Below, one piece after another: positions 50,901 to 64,000 of a stretch of 64,000 nucleotides of DNA. The position numbers and the translations under genes are program-made. Position 1 is the first letter of the stretch. Each line of letters starts with the position of its first letter. The notes under the pieces are model-generated. The model had not been told where the DNA came from. It saw nothing but the letters and a program-made list of their open reading frames with translations, and did no database searches. Origin of the DNA: Antedon mediterranea (taxonomy: Eukaryota > Animalia > Echinodermata); NCBI RefSeq assembly GCF_964355755.1, contig NC_092675.1, positions 21,300,912 through 21,364,911 of the forward strand, written 5' to 3'.

Positions 50901-53256
50901 AAATAATGCAACAAAAGTAAATCTTATGAATGATAGTCCCATTGTACCAACATACCTGTAGGCCTACTAGCGAAGCAAAAAATAACAGTGTGGCTTCTAT
51001 ATCGTCATACAAAATATGGTTCGTCGCTGATTCTTCACAATTGATACTATTCAGAAATACAATTATCAAATATAATGTAAAGATATCAATTATGCGCTTT
51101 GTCCGTTTATTCATTGATATACAAGTGATCTTTTTCTTTTTAAGGTCTTACAGTAGCTGACCTTGTTTTCCCTTGGTAAGTAATCAATTTAACATTGTTT
51201 TTAATTTTGGCACATGGTGACGCTTATTTCAGTATACTAAATCATCATCTTATCTTATTTACTCTTCCTTGTGTAATATCGAGTTTTACTCGTGTTTTAA
51301 TGATTCCAATACACTTCTTTCGTAGGTTTGTATTTATTATGGGAACTTCAATAACTCTATCCCAGCATTCTTTGCGTTCCAAAGGAATAACCAAGCTTCA
51401 AATTTTCAAGAAGATAATTCGTCGAACAATCATACTCTTTCTGCTTGGTCTATTTCTAAACACTGCTGGAGGTAATGAAATTATTTATTTGTGTACTGTA
51501 TCTCCAATCAAGTCAAAACGTACTTTTTTTAAAATTAATTTAAATCTTTATTGTTAACAACAGTTGACTTTGAGCTGATGGTAACGAGAAACAGGCCCTC
51601 TTTAGTCTTCGTCATATCTTCGTCTTTGATCTTCGCTATCTGGCTTTCTTCGTCTTTCTTCGCTATCTGGCTTTCTCTGTCGTATTTTTGTCTTTCTTCG
51701 CTATTCGGCTTTCTTCGTCATCTCCTTGTCTTTCTTCGCTATCTGGCTTAGCTTTCTTTATCATCTCTTCGTCTTCGCTTTCTGGCTTTCTTCGTCTTCT
51801 TTCTTCGCTATCTGACTTTCTTCATCATTTCTTCGTCATCTCCTTGGCTTTCTTCGTCATCTCTTTGGCTTTCTTCGTCATCTCTTTGGCTTTCTTCGTC
51901 ATCTTTTCGTCTTTCTTTGTCATGTTTTTGTCTTTCTTGGTCATCTTTTCATCATCTCTTCGTCTTTCTTCCTAATCTCTCTTTGTCTTTCTTCGTCATC
52001 TCTTTGTGTCTTCGTCGTCATCTTTTCGTCTTTCTTTGTCATCTTTTTGTGTCTTTGTCGTCTCTTCTAAATATTGATGTCTTGTTAAATTTGCCATAAC
52101 GTGTTTCTTTATTCAAGGTCATAACGATTTACATTTTATAAGGATTCCGGGAGTTCTTCAGAGATTTAGTATTTCGTATTTTGTTGTTGCAATCTTGGAA
52201 TTAATGTTCGCAAAAGCCACACGAAAGGTGTCAGAGGTACGTTCATTATTATCATTTTCAGTAATTTAAAAAAAAAAAACGAAAAAAAAAAAAAACGTGA
52301 AGTGACATTATTGGATGTCGACAGCGTGATTTGATTTGACGTAAGCATTACGAGGCGTATTTGTAGAACAGAAGCACGTAACGTGATTGGACATAGACAG
52401 TGTGACGTGATTGGATATAGACACTATGAATTGAAGTTATTTTATATAGATGAATAGTTGCAGGCAACGTGATGCTTTAAAGTCAAATACAAATACTTGA
52501 GTATTACGCACAGTATTCAAATATAAATAGGATGTAAAGGGCAACTTTATTAACAGGTTGGTTTCAAATAGTTTTTGTACACTTCTATTAGGGTAACTGG
52601 TACAGTTATGTGGCCGATGTCTTCGATTACTGGGCTGAGTGGTTGGTCATCATTGCACTGCTGGTAACGCATACATGTCTTACGTTTTTACTACCAGTTT
52701 CTGGATGCCCAACGTAAGTATCTTTATTTATATTTTGGTATTTGGAAAGTTTTAGAATAAGTCTAAACACAGAAAAAATATTTTGAAAGGAACACGGTAT
52801 CTCAATTCAGTTTCAGAAAAATGACAACTATGTCATATAATTAACATAATTTGAAATAGCGCATCAAATTTAGTGTGTCTATCTTTTTTAATAGTGGCTA
52901 TCTTGGACCCGGAGGAGATATGATCTATGGAAAGAATAGTTCTTATAGTCTGTGTACTGGTGGTGCTGCCGGATATATTGATAAATGGTTCTTTGGTGAA
53001 GACCATATCTACCAATATCCAACTTGCCAGGTAGTATTGAATAGTGTTATGGCTCATTAAATTATAGTAGGCCTAAACGTTTGGCATTAAAGTGTTGTTC
53101 TTTTTAGGCTGTCTATGGCACAGGAGCGTACGATCCCGAGGGTATGCTAGGCTCAATTACTTCAATTTTCATGACTTTTTTGGGACTTCAGGTAAAAATA
53201 ATTGCAGTTGCAATAGAAAAACTATTGTATCTTCATAATATAGTACAGAAAACGAC

Positions 53257-53309
<53 letters not shown>

Positions 53310-54486
53310 ATAATAATAGTACATTGTCTCTAATGAATTAATTAATGTTATGGTCACAAAATTGCAAATTAAAAAAGATGCTGTAATGCTGTTTACATTT
53401 CAGGCTGGAAAGATTATATTTCATTTCCCAGGAAACGGTCAGAGATTGTCGCGTTTAGTAATTTGGGGTATTCTTACGGTATGTATCACTATCAGTACTA
53501 CATAATTTACACATAAGCCTAATATTTTAGACCCACTTAGAATACATTAGTTTCTTCATTTGTATTAACCATACAGATTGTATTTACATTCAGGGTGCGA
53601 TAGGTACTATACTGTGTAAAGCATCAAAAGACGATGGGTGGATTCCAGTCAATAAAAACTTATGGTAGGCCTACTCCACATTTTCTATTACAGTTAAATA
53701 ATACATTTCTTTATTCTGTTCTGTTTTTCAAAATCATAGTTTTTCTGCAGTGTTGTATGTCGTAGCGCTGTTTTAGCTAGAAAATGGTCCGCCTAGTAAT
53801 GTAACATATTCATCAACCTGGATTTGAACACAGGACCTTAAGATCCGTAGGCTCCTAAAGAAGTATGATAATCACTAAATTAAGCTGCATTGCCGCTTCA
53901 GGACATTATTATGAAATAGGCCTACAAGGCCGAGTCCAAATACTAACTGAATATGTCGTTGGCTAGGTATATTGGCATATATTATTTCATAATATATAAT
54001 GTTATTTATTTTATAGGTCTCTGACGTACGTTCTTGTCCTCGCTTCGATGGCGTTTATTTTACTGGCATTCTTTTATTATATCATAGATGTCAAACCCTG
54101 GTATTCCGGTAACCCATTCTACTACGCTGGTAAACAATTACACTTATATAAAAAATTAAGTTAGGCCTATTGTGATGTGTGGGTAGTAGTATAAGTAATA
54201 TGTAAAGTGGTCAAGGAAACTGAGTTAATGTAAGTAAAATATAAATGAGGTTAGGCTACTGTTGTTTTAATCACATCTTTTTTGAAATAATATTCTTTTA
54301 TTTTTAGGAATGAATTCAATTCTACTGTACGTGAGTCATGAAGTTTTCTTTGGATATTTTCCGTTGTCGTGGGCTCCTTACAAGGGTACTCATGCCGAGT
54401 ACCTGGCCATGAACCTTATAGGCACTTCTATCTGGGTTCTGGTTGCTTATCATTGCTATACTATTAAGTTTTTTCTTAAAATTTAA
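47966..54486 (+). CDS. HGSNAT: Heparan-alpha-glucosaminide N-acetyltransferase, paralog 2 (~607 aa, 18 exons)
   Basis: Exons 47966-48014, 48325-48458, 48720-48838, 48944-49065, 49373-49442, 49697-49754, 50356-50474, 50809-50885, 51145-51175, 51326-51471, 52118-52236, 52592-52713, 52895-53030, 53108-53191, 53404-53478, 53594-53664, 54017-54129, 54308-54486 (1824 nt). Motifs [59 protein letters not shown]. Confidence 0.93.
51600..52068. repeat. Pyrimidine-rich low-complexity repeat (TTCTTCGTCATCTC-like)
   Basis: Degenerate short tandem units in an HGSNAT-2 intron; they produce spurious F/S/L-rich ORFs. Confidence 0.8.
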
Positions 54487-54775
54487 TAGGGAAAGGCTAT
54501 GTTAGCTATGATCATAATCGCAAAGTTAAAAGTTAACGATTCTGTAAAGTTAAGCAGTTAACATCAAAGTTGTAATGTATTGATTGTATATTTGTTAGGA
54601 TATTTTCACGAAATTAAAATCCGACAATGATCGTGTTTCATAACAACGTGGGTAATTTACATTTACAGGTGACGGCCGGTTAAAGGTTTAGCGTGAAAGG
54701 GCATATGGGGTTACAAACAAGTACATGTTAACGTTTGTAAACATATATTAGATAGTTTACAACACTTTTGATTTA

Positions 54776-55700
54776 CTTAAAATGCTGCTAACATCATCTT
54801 GTCTTCTTGTTTAAAAATGCTGCTAACATCATCTTGTCTTCTTGTTTTAAAATGCTGCTAACATCATCTTGTCTTCTTGTTTTAAAATGCTGCTAACATC
54901 ATCTTGTCTTCTTGTTTAAAAATGCTGCTCTGAACATCATCTTGTTTTCATATCGATGGCTGTGATAGTGGTCCCTCGAATCGGAAAGAATGTAATGCAA
55001 AAAATATAACGTTATATACAAATATATTATATATTAATGTTATTGTACAACATTATTATGTTGATAGTTTTTACCTAAAATGTTGAAAAATGCCGCTCTG
55101 AACATGATTTTGTCTTCATATCGATTGCTGTGATAGTGGTCCCTCGAATCGGCAAACAATGAAAAGAAATAAATAAACGTTATATACAACATATTATATA
55201 TTGATGTTAGATATAGTTTTACAAAAGAAATAAATAACGTTATATACTACAAATCGTTAAAGGTACAAAATATGTTGATTGTTTTTACATAAAATGTTGA
55301 AAAATGCCGCTCTGAACATCAATTTGTCTTCATATCGATGGCTGTGATACTGTAGTAGATCCTCGATTCGGCAAGCATTTAATGAAAAGAAATGAATAAA
55401 CGTTATATACAAAATATTATATATTATTGTTAGATATAGTTTTACAAAAGAAATAAATAACGTTATATACAAATCGTTAAAGGTACAAAATATGTTGATT
55501 GTTTTTACCTAAAATGTTGAAAAATGCCGCTCTGAAAAGATCTTGTCTTCATATCGATGGCTGTGATAGTAATCCCTCGAATCGGCAAGCATTTAATAAA
55601 AAGAAATAATAATTTTATAAGAAGTCTGTAACATTTCGGTATAACATAATTGTACAAAAATATGCTGATTGTTTTTACCTAAAATTTTGAAAACATCATA
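54776..55700. repeat. Compound tandem repeats (34-bp x4, then ~130-230-bp degenerate units)
   Basis: AAAATGCTGCTAACATCATCTTGTCTTCTTGTTT x4, then recurring AAAAATGCCGCTCTGAA..CATATCGATGGCTGTGATA..CCTCGAATCGGCAA. Confidence 0.85.
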
Positions 55701-56261
55701 TTGACTTCTTGTCGAACAGGCTTACATAAAAATTTACCTATAATGGGTAAAAGGGTTGTCGATCTTGTACATATATAATTCGTAAACTCTTTAAAAAAAA
55801 TACCTTAATTAATATAAAGTAAATAGTTTTAGGCGTAAATGAAGTGAACTGTTCATGCTTCTCAATATATTACAGTATATTGACAAATCTGTTATATTAT
55901 TTCTATGGGTTTTTAAAAATGTATTATTTAAACATACCTATTAAGGCATTTGAATGCATTACTAGAACATTAGAAATAATACAAATTGTGTGTACTTACT
56001 TTATTATAAATAATACTTACCAGTTACCAGTAGCAACGCAAAATGTATTTGGTAAATGTTTTGTAATAATGTTGAATATAAAACACGTAAATTAGAGATT
56101 AAAATCGATTTTTAATTATTTATTATTGTTACATTTTAAAATTGTTATATTACTATTTATTTATTATTATTTTAATATCGTTATTAAATTTATCCTATAA
56201 AAAAATTTTAATTACTTAATACAATGATTACTTTTAATTAAAATATTGATTAAAATTATAT

Positions 56262-58853
56262 TTAATATACACGTCGATTTCTCTTTTCACTTTCTGCTAT
56301 TTTTTCTAATTTGTTTATTAAGAAATCTAATGAAGGTCGATGTTCTGGTTTAACTGCTGTAGTGTCCTTTAACTGCTGTAGTGTCCTTTAACTGCTGTAG
56401 TGTCCTTTCCGAGTTCAACCATCTGTCTACTTTGAATTGCTACTCCTAAACATTTGATTACATAACCGATAGCATACACGTCACTCTGTACTGAGTTGCA
56501 GGCACCGAAAATGTATTTTTCTGGCGCGATTTCTCGGTTGTCCAAGTGGTATTTAATCACTTCGGCTGACGATTTGAATGTTAGCTGGGTGTTTTCCCTT
56601 GGGTGTTGTAGGGTGCTAGCCATGCCGAAGTCTGATAGCTTCGCTCTGTGGCAGATGCCATCGTGGTTGATGAGGATGTTCCTTGCTGCCACGTCATTAT
56701 GGAGAATTCCTCGCTGGTGCATGATGTTAAGGGCAGTGGTCACCTCTTTCGTCATGGAAATGCAATCAAGTTCACTCAATGACGGCTGTCCAGTTCGCAT
56801 TGCTTTCAGTAATGTTGTACTGGATAGGGTCAGAGTATTTCCAACGAACTCCTGCACCATGCAACAAACATTGGCTTGGCGAAAGACGCCCAAGACACGA
56901 GGAACTGAAGGTTGGTCATTCATCAACGCCATAACACGTGCTTCTATCACCATTTCGGACCACGCTTCATCAGCATTATCGTACCTCTCCAAAAATGCCG
57001 TCTTGACTGCAACTAGATTTCCTGGATACAGAGTTGACGACATCAAGTCAACGCGACCGAAGCTGCCATGACCAAGCTCTACAGGAGTGCTAAGGTTGGA
57101 TACACTCGATCTAGGCAGGATCTTCACATGCGGCAGTATTTGATCAAGATGTTTTGAAGTGGCATCTCCCTTGTTACCAACGGTTTTTGTTGACGTGGTT
57201 GAGTTACTTGTCGGAGAACCATTGTAGCTACTAATAGATGACACTGGCCATTGTGATGACGACGATGCTGGTATCTGACCGGGTGATAACGCTGTTGAGG
57301 AGGACAACGACGCGGATGCACTTATCTGACCAGGCGATAATGTCGAAGATGACCTTGGCCGTACAGACGTTGATTTTGATAGTGATGATGACTTTGATGA
57401 TAGTGATGCTGTTGAATGTCGTGATAGTGAGGTTGAAACTGGAACTGCACTCGTTGATGGTTGGATTGATGATAGAGGTGATGAATATGGTGAACTTAAG
57501 TTGCTATCCGCTGCTTGGTAACTTGTGATACATAAAAGGTTTAGTACTGCTGTCCAAACCCTTCTAAATAATGACTTTCTTCTTGGTTGGTGTCCTATAT
57601 CTTGCTGAGATCTGCTTAAATTCGAAACAAGAAACATTATATTATATTACAAAGTTATTATCAATTATTCAATTCAATCGGTAACTTGAATAGGCGCTAC
57701 TATAGTAAGTATTTACGATAATAATGCCTCAGACTCTAATTAGGCCTACCTACATACTACATACAGACTAACTAAAGTTAGGTGTAGCCTAGCTAGGTTA
57801 AAGAATGCCTTAATCTACAGCAACTTACTATATAAATAAGTAGCTATACTACTATGCTAGCCTAGGTTAGAGGCAGGATAGGATATATAGGCATAGCCTA
57901 TTTAATTATAGGCCACCTACTAGTCTACGGCCTACAGCAGTAACTAAATAACTAGGCCTATGCCTAGTTATCAGTCCCTCATATTATTATTAATATTAGG
58001 CCTGGCCTAGGCCTATACCTTTATGTAAGCTTAGACCTCTAGGTCTTATTCCTAGCCTATAATTAATGCTCCAGACTCTAATTAATTAGGCCTACCTACA
58101 TAGCCACCTAGCTAGGTTAAAGGATGCCTTACTCTACAGAAACTTAAATAAGTAAAGTAGCTATACTAATACTATGCTAGCCTAGGTAGAAGCAGGATAG
58201 GCTATATTATATTATGCATAGCCTATTATTATAGGCAACCTACTACTACTACTCTACGGCCTACAGTAACTAAATAACTAGGCCCTAGTCCTAGTTAGCA
58301 GTCCCTCATATTATTATTAATATTGGGCCTGGCCTAGGCTATACCTTTGTATACTTAGACCTCTAGGTCCTATTCCTAGCCTATAATTAATGCCCCATAC
58401 TCTTATTAATTAGGCCTACCTAGGCCTACATACAGACTAACTAAAGTTAGGTCTAGCCTAGCTAGGTTAAATGATGCTTTACTCTACAGCAACTTACTAT
58501 TTAAATAAGTGGTTAGGCTATACGTGCTAGCCTATATGTAGAGGCAGGATAGGTAGCCTATAGGCCTATAATTATAGGCATTAGGATTAGTAGCTTAGTA
58601 GGCCTAGGCCTAGCCTATTTAAGTACGTATAGACTACCTACTACTAGGCTAGGTACTCTACGGCCTACGGTAACTAAATTAGCCTAGGCTAGGCCTAGAA
58701 GGCTAGGCCCCAGCCCAGGCCTAGAGGCTAGGCCTACTAGTGGTGGAAATGTAACCACTATTAATTATTACCACTATTAAATTGTATTTGGGCCTACCCT
58801 CCAATTATTGGTTTCTTCAGGATTTCTGGTTGAACAATCGATTTGTTTGCCAT
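56262..58853 (-). pseudogene. Two-exon tyrosine-kinase-like protein kinase with Ser-rich N-terminus; frameshifted before subdomain XI in this sequence
   Basis: Exon 1 58853-58798 (MANKSIVQPEILKKPIIG, GT donor) joins in phase 2 to exon 2 starting at 57611. Kinase motifs LGHGSFGRV, VAVK, HNDVAARNILI, DFG, APE, SDVY. A 19-bp unit repeated 3x (56351-56407) causes a stop at 56369. One copy restores ..AVKPEHRPSLDFLINKL..* ending at 56262. Confidence 0.78.
57724..58690. repeat. ~325-340-bp tandem repeat x3, TAGGCCTA-rich, forming most of the kinase intron
   Basis: Units start near 57724, 58066 and 58390 (ATGC..CA.ACTCT.ATT..TAGGCCTACCTA). Confidence 0.8.
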
Positions 58854-58993
58854 GATCGTCGTCTTGGTATATTTCGAATTCGAATTCACGTTTACTTAGC
58901 AACACTTTTTTTTGTAAGCACAAAAAAAACAACTGGTACTGGTAGAGAGTCTTGTCTCTTGTCGTTGTCGATTTTTAGGTTGCCGGTGCGCTG

Positions 58994-59001
58994 CTTATAT
59001 A
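58994..59001 (-). promoter_or_regulatory. Candidate TATA box of the kinase gene
   Basis: TATATAAG on the minus strand about 140 nt upstream of the ATG at 58853, next to a CpG-rich patch. Confidence 0.4.
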
Positions 59002-59259
59002 GATAATTCTGAGCGCGTGTGCGTGCACATGTTCGAAGTGCATCTTTTTGTTCTATGCGCGGCGTAGAACGGTCGATTTGTTCTATCGTTGCCATGATAC
59101 ACCTTTCGAATCCATCGGTCATTTTTTTGTAAGCAACCAAATATACGCGGCGCGCGCGCAAGATAAATAACTTGGACGCCATTCGGTCGGTTCCATGTGG
59201 CTGATACCCTTTTTACCACTATCGACTGGGAGAGGAACACGAGTTGAACTCGGAGGCAA

Positions 59260-60010
59260 TTTCCATTTACACTAGCCAAAAAAACTGCGAGATGAACTCG
59301 AGTTGCGCCCATTTACACTATATAGATCACCCCGGTGCTGTCAATCAAATCACCATTGCGAGCGCACACGTGGAACTTAACTGACAATGGTTTAAACGTT
59401 TAAACATATCATGGAACATATCGACAAATCTCATATCAAAACATAATACTCCGAATTTACACACAATTTATTTAATTTTTAATGTAGTCCAGTGTTAAAT
59501 TTTCTTTGTGGCTATTAAGATTATCATTTATTATTTTAAACATTAACAATTATTTTTCTTTTTAAAATGACTGCATTTCCGCCTTGTAGACTGTGCATAC
59601 ATTAAGTAGGCCTTAAATTGTTAGGTTGGCGTAAAAATAGGGTAGGTATGGTAAGTATTTAAGATAAAAAATGTATTTGTTAATTAGCATAACAATGTAT
59701 CAATGAAGGAAAATTAATTATTGTATGGTACGTTTTCAGTTCCTAAAAAAGATATCATTTTCATCCATTTAACAGCTCGGTGTTGAACCACAAAAACCGT
59801 TTACACTTCGTGTCTCGCCGGTGTAGATTCGACTATACCGGAGAAGGTACACCGGAAAACATTCAGCTTCGTTTTACCCCGGGGAGAGCACACCGGGGTG
59901 GTTGGATTTTCCCATTTACACCATTCAATAAAAACCACAACACCGGCGTTTAACGGCCGGCCCGGTGTACTAACAACTGCGGGGTTACACCGCTGTTACG
60001 GTGATAGTGT
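59260..60010. mobile_element. Probable DNA-transposon (Harbinger-like) remnant
   Basis: Repeated CATTTACAC and CACCGG/CCGGTG motifs typical of sub-terminal repeats; termini not resolved. Confidence 0.35.
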
Positions 60011-60592
60011 TCACTTTCGTTCAATTTTCGCTTTGTGATTTTAAACATAACATTGTTTAAGTTCTTTAATAACGTACGATTGTTTTTATATTGTTAATTA
60101 TTTTAAACAATAAAGTTGAACGTTTCTTTATATTTCAGCAAATTAAATAACAAAAGACTTTTTCCCGAGTCGGGCGTCTGTTTGCCCGGCCCTAAACTAT
60201 ATGTACTTTTTTGGAGTTTAAATCGACAGTATTTGTTAAATTTAGTCTCCTTCTTGGCAGCTATAATGATTATATGAACAAGAATGAAAAAAAAAATGAT
60301 CGTGATGAAAATTCGTGCAAGATGTCATGTTTCTTTTTCGCGCCGCTCTTTTTATTTCTTTCTATTTAGCCTATATTTATTCAGTTTTAATTTAAGAGAA
60401 CGGAAGCATTAGGAAACAGTTATTCCATGCGGAAGTAAATTTATAGTTTACTACTACTAGCTCTGTCTACACTATCACAAACTATAGTTTGACAAAAAAG
60501 TGTGATGTGTCTAAATGGTATTGATATTGCTAATGGTCGTGATATTACATCAGACATCAAATGCCACATAATTAGTACAGAGCTTTAAGCTG

Positions 60593-60740
60593 AACAAGGC
60601 CAACAGCCATAAGTCGCGTGCTCTCAAAAAATGAACTCTCAAAAAGTAATGTACATCAAAACAGTTCAAAAAGTACAGAAAAGCGACGCATATTGATACC
60701 GGACCGACAGACAGACCGACCGACCGACATAGTGAACTAT
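60593..60740 (+). mobile_element. Partial DINE-1/Helentron-like element (family 2)
   Basis: AACAAGGCC..AAGTCGCGTGC..(CCGA/CAGA)n..AGTGAACT matches the reverse complement of 45514-46242. Confidence 0.55.
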
Positions 60741-61057
60741 TGAGTAAACTTGGACTGGGCATGCGCACCGCTAAAGTACGTCTGGGCAGAGAGTCTAAAT
60801 TGGAATTTGTAAACTGAATTGTATGCAGACTCGTACTTGTGCATCTGGCCGTGTTTCCGCAGTCAAAAATTTACCGATAAATTCCGCTCGAGACAAATTA
60901 ACCGATATTTATCTCATTCAAATCAAGTAATTGTCGGATTAATGCGTTAATTTTTAACCCAACATGAAGGAAAAATTGTTGCGTTTTGAATGATGGGCAA
61001 TTAAAATTACCTTCCCTTTGTGTAAAATGGTATCGACCACTAGCAATAATAATAATA

Positions 61058-64000
<2,943 letters not shown>

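Noticed and set aside
51551-52099. Hydrophobic F/S/L-rich ORFs resembling membrane proteins
   Set aside because: Low-complexity repeat inside an HGSNAT-2 intron.
56496-57528. Plus-strand ORFs of 191 and 96 aa
   Set aside because: Antisense shadows of the kinase exon.
54630-60000. Single large transposon carrying the kinase
   Set aside because: No matching terminal inverted repeats or target-site duplication could be identified by eye.

Overview
AT-rich, intron-containing animal genomic DNA. A marine invertebrate, possibly an echinoderm, is my inference only. Manual splicing with GT-AG junctions and phase checks gives seven gene models. In order: (+) a myristoylation-motif calcineurin-B/CHP-like EF-hand protein fused to a death domain (7694-11629); (+) HGSNAT paralog 1 (18 exons); (-) two paralogous secreted C-type lectin / Thr-rich stalk / PAN-apple-like genes; (+) HGSNAT paralog 2 (18 exons); (-) a two-exon non-RD tyrosine-kinase-like gene truncated by a 19-bp triplication; (+) the 5' part of KAT8/MOF. 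The most unusual non-coding feature is a five-copy ~364-bp tandem array inside an intron of the second lectin gene. Each unit carries a 72-nt tRNA cloverleaf with an ATC (Asp) anticodon and a T-run terminator, and the array sits in (TA)n between inverted flanks. Also present are a non-autonomous Helitron with empty-site controls, Helentron/DINE-like elements, TIR MITEs and several minisatellites. No searches were run; family calls rest on recognised motifs.
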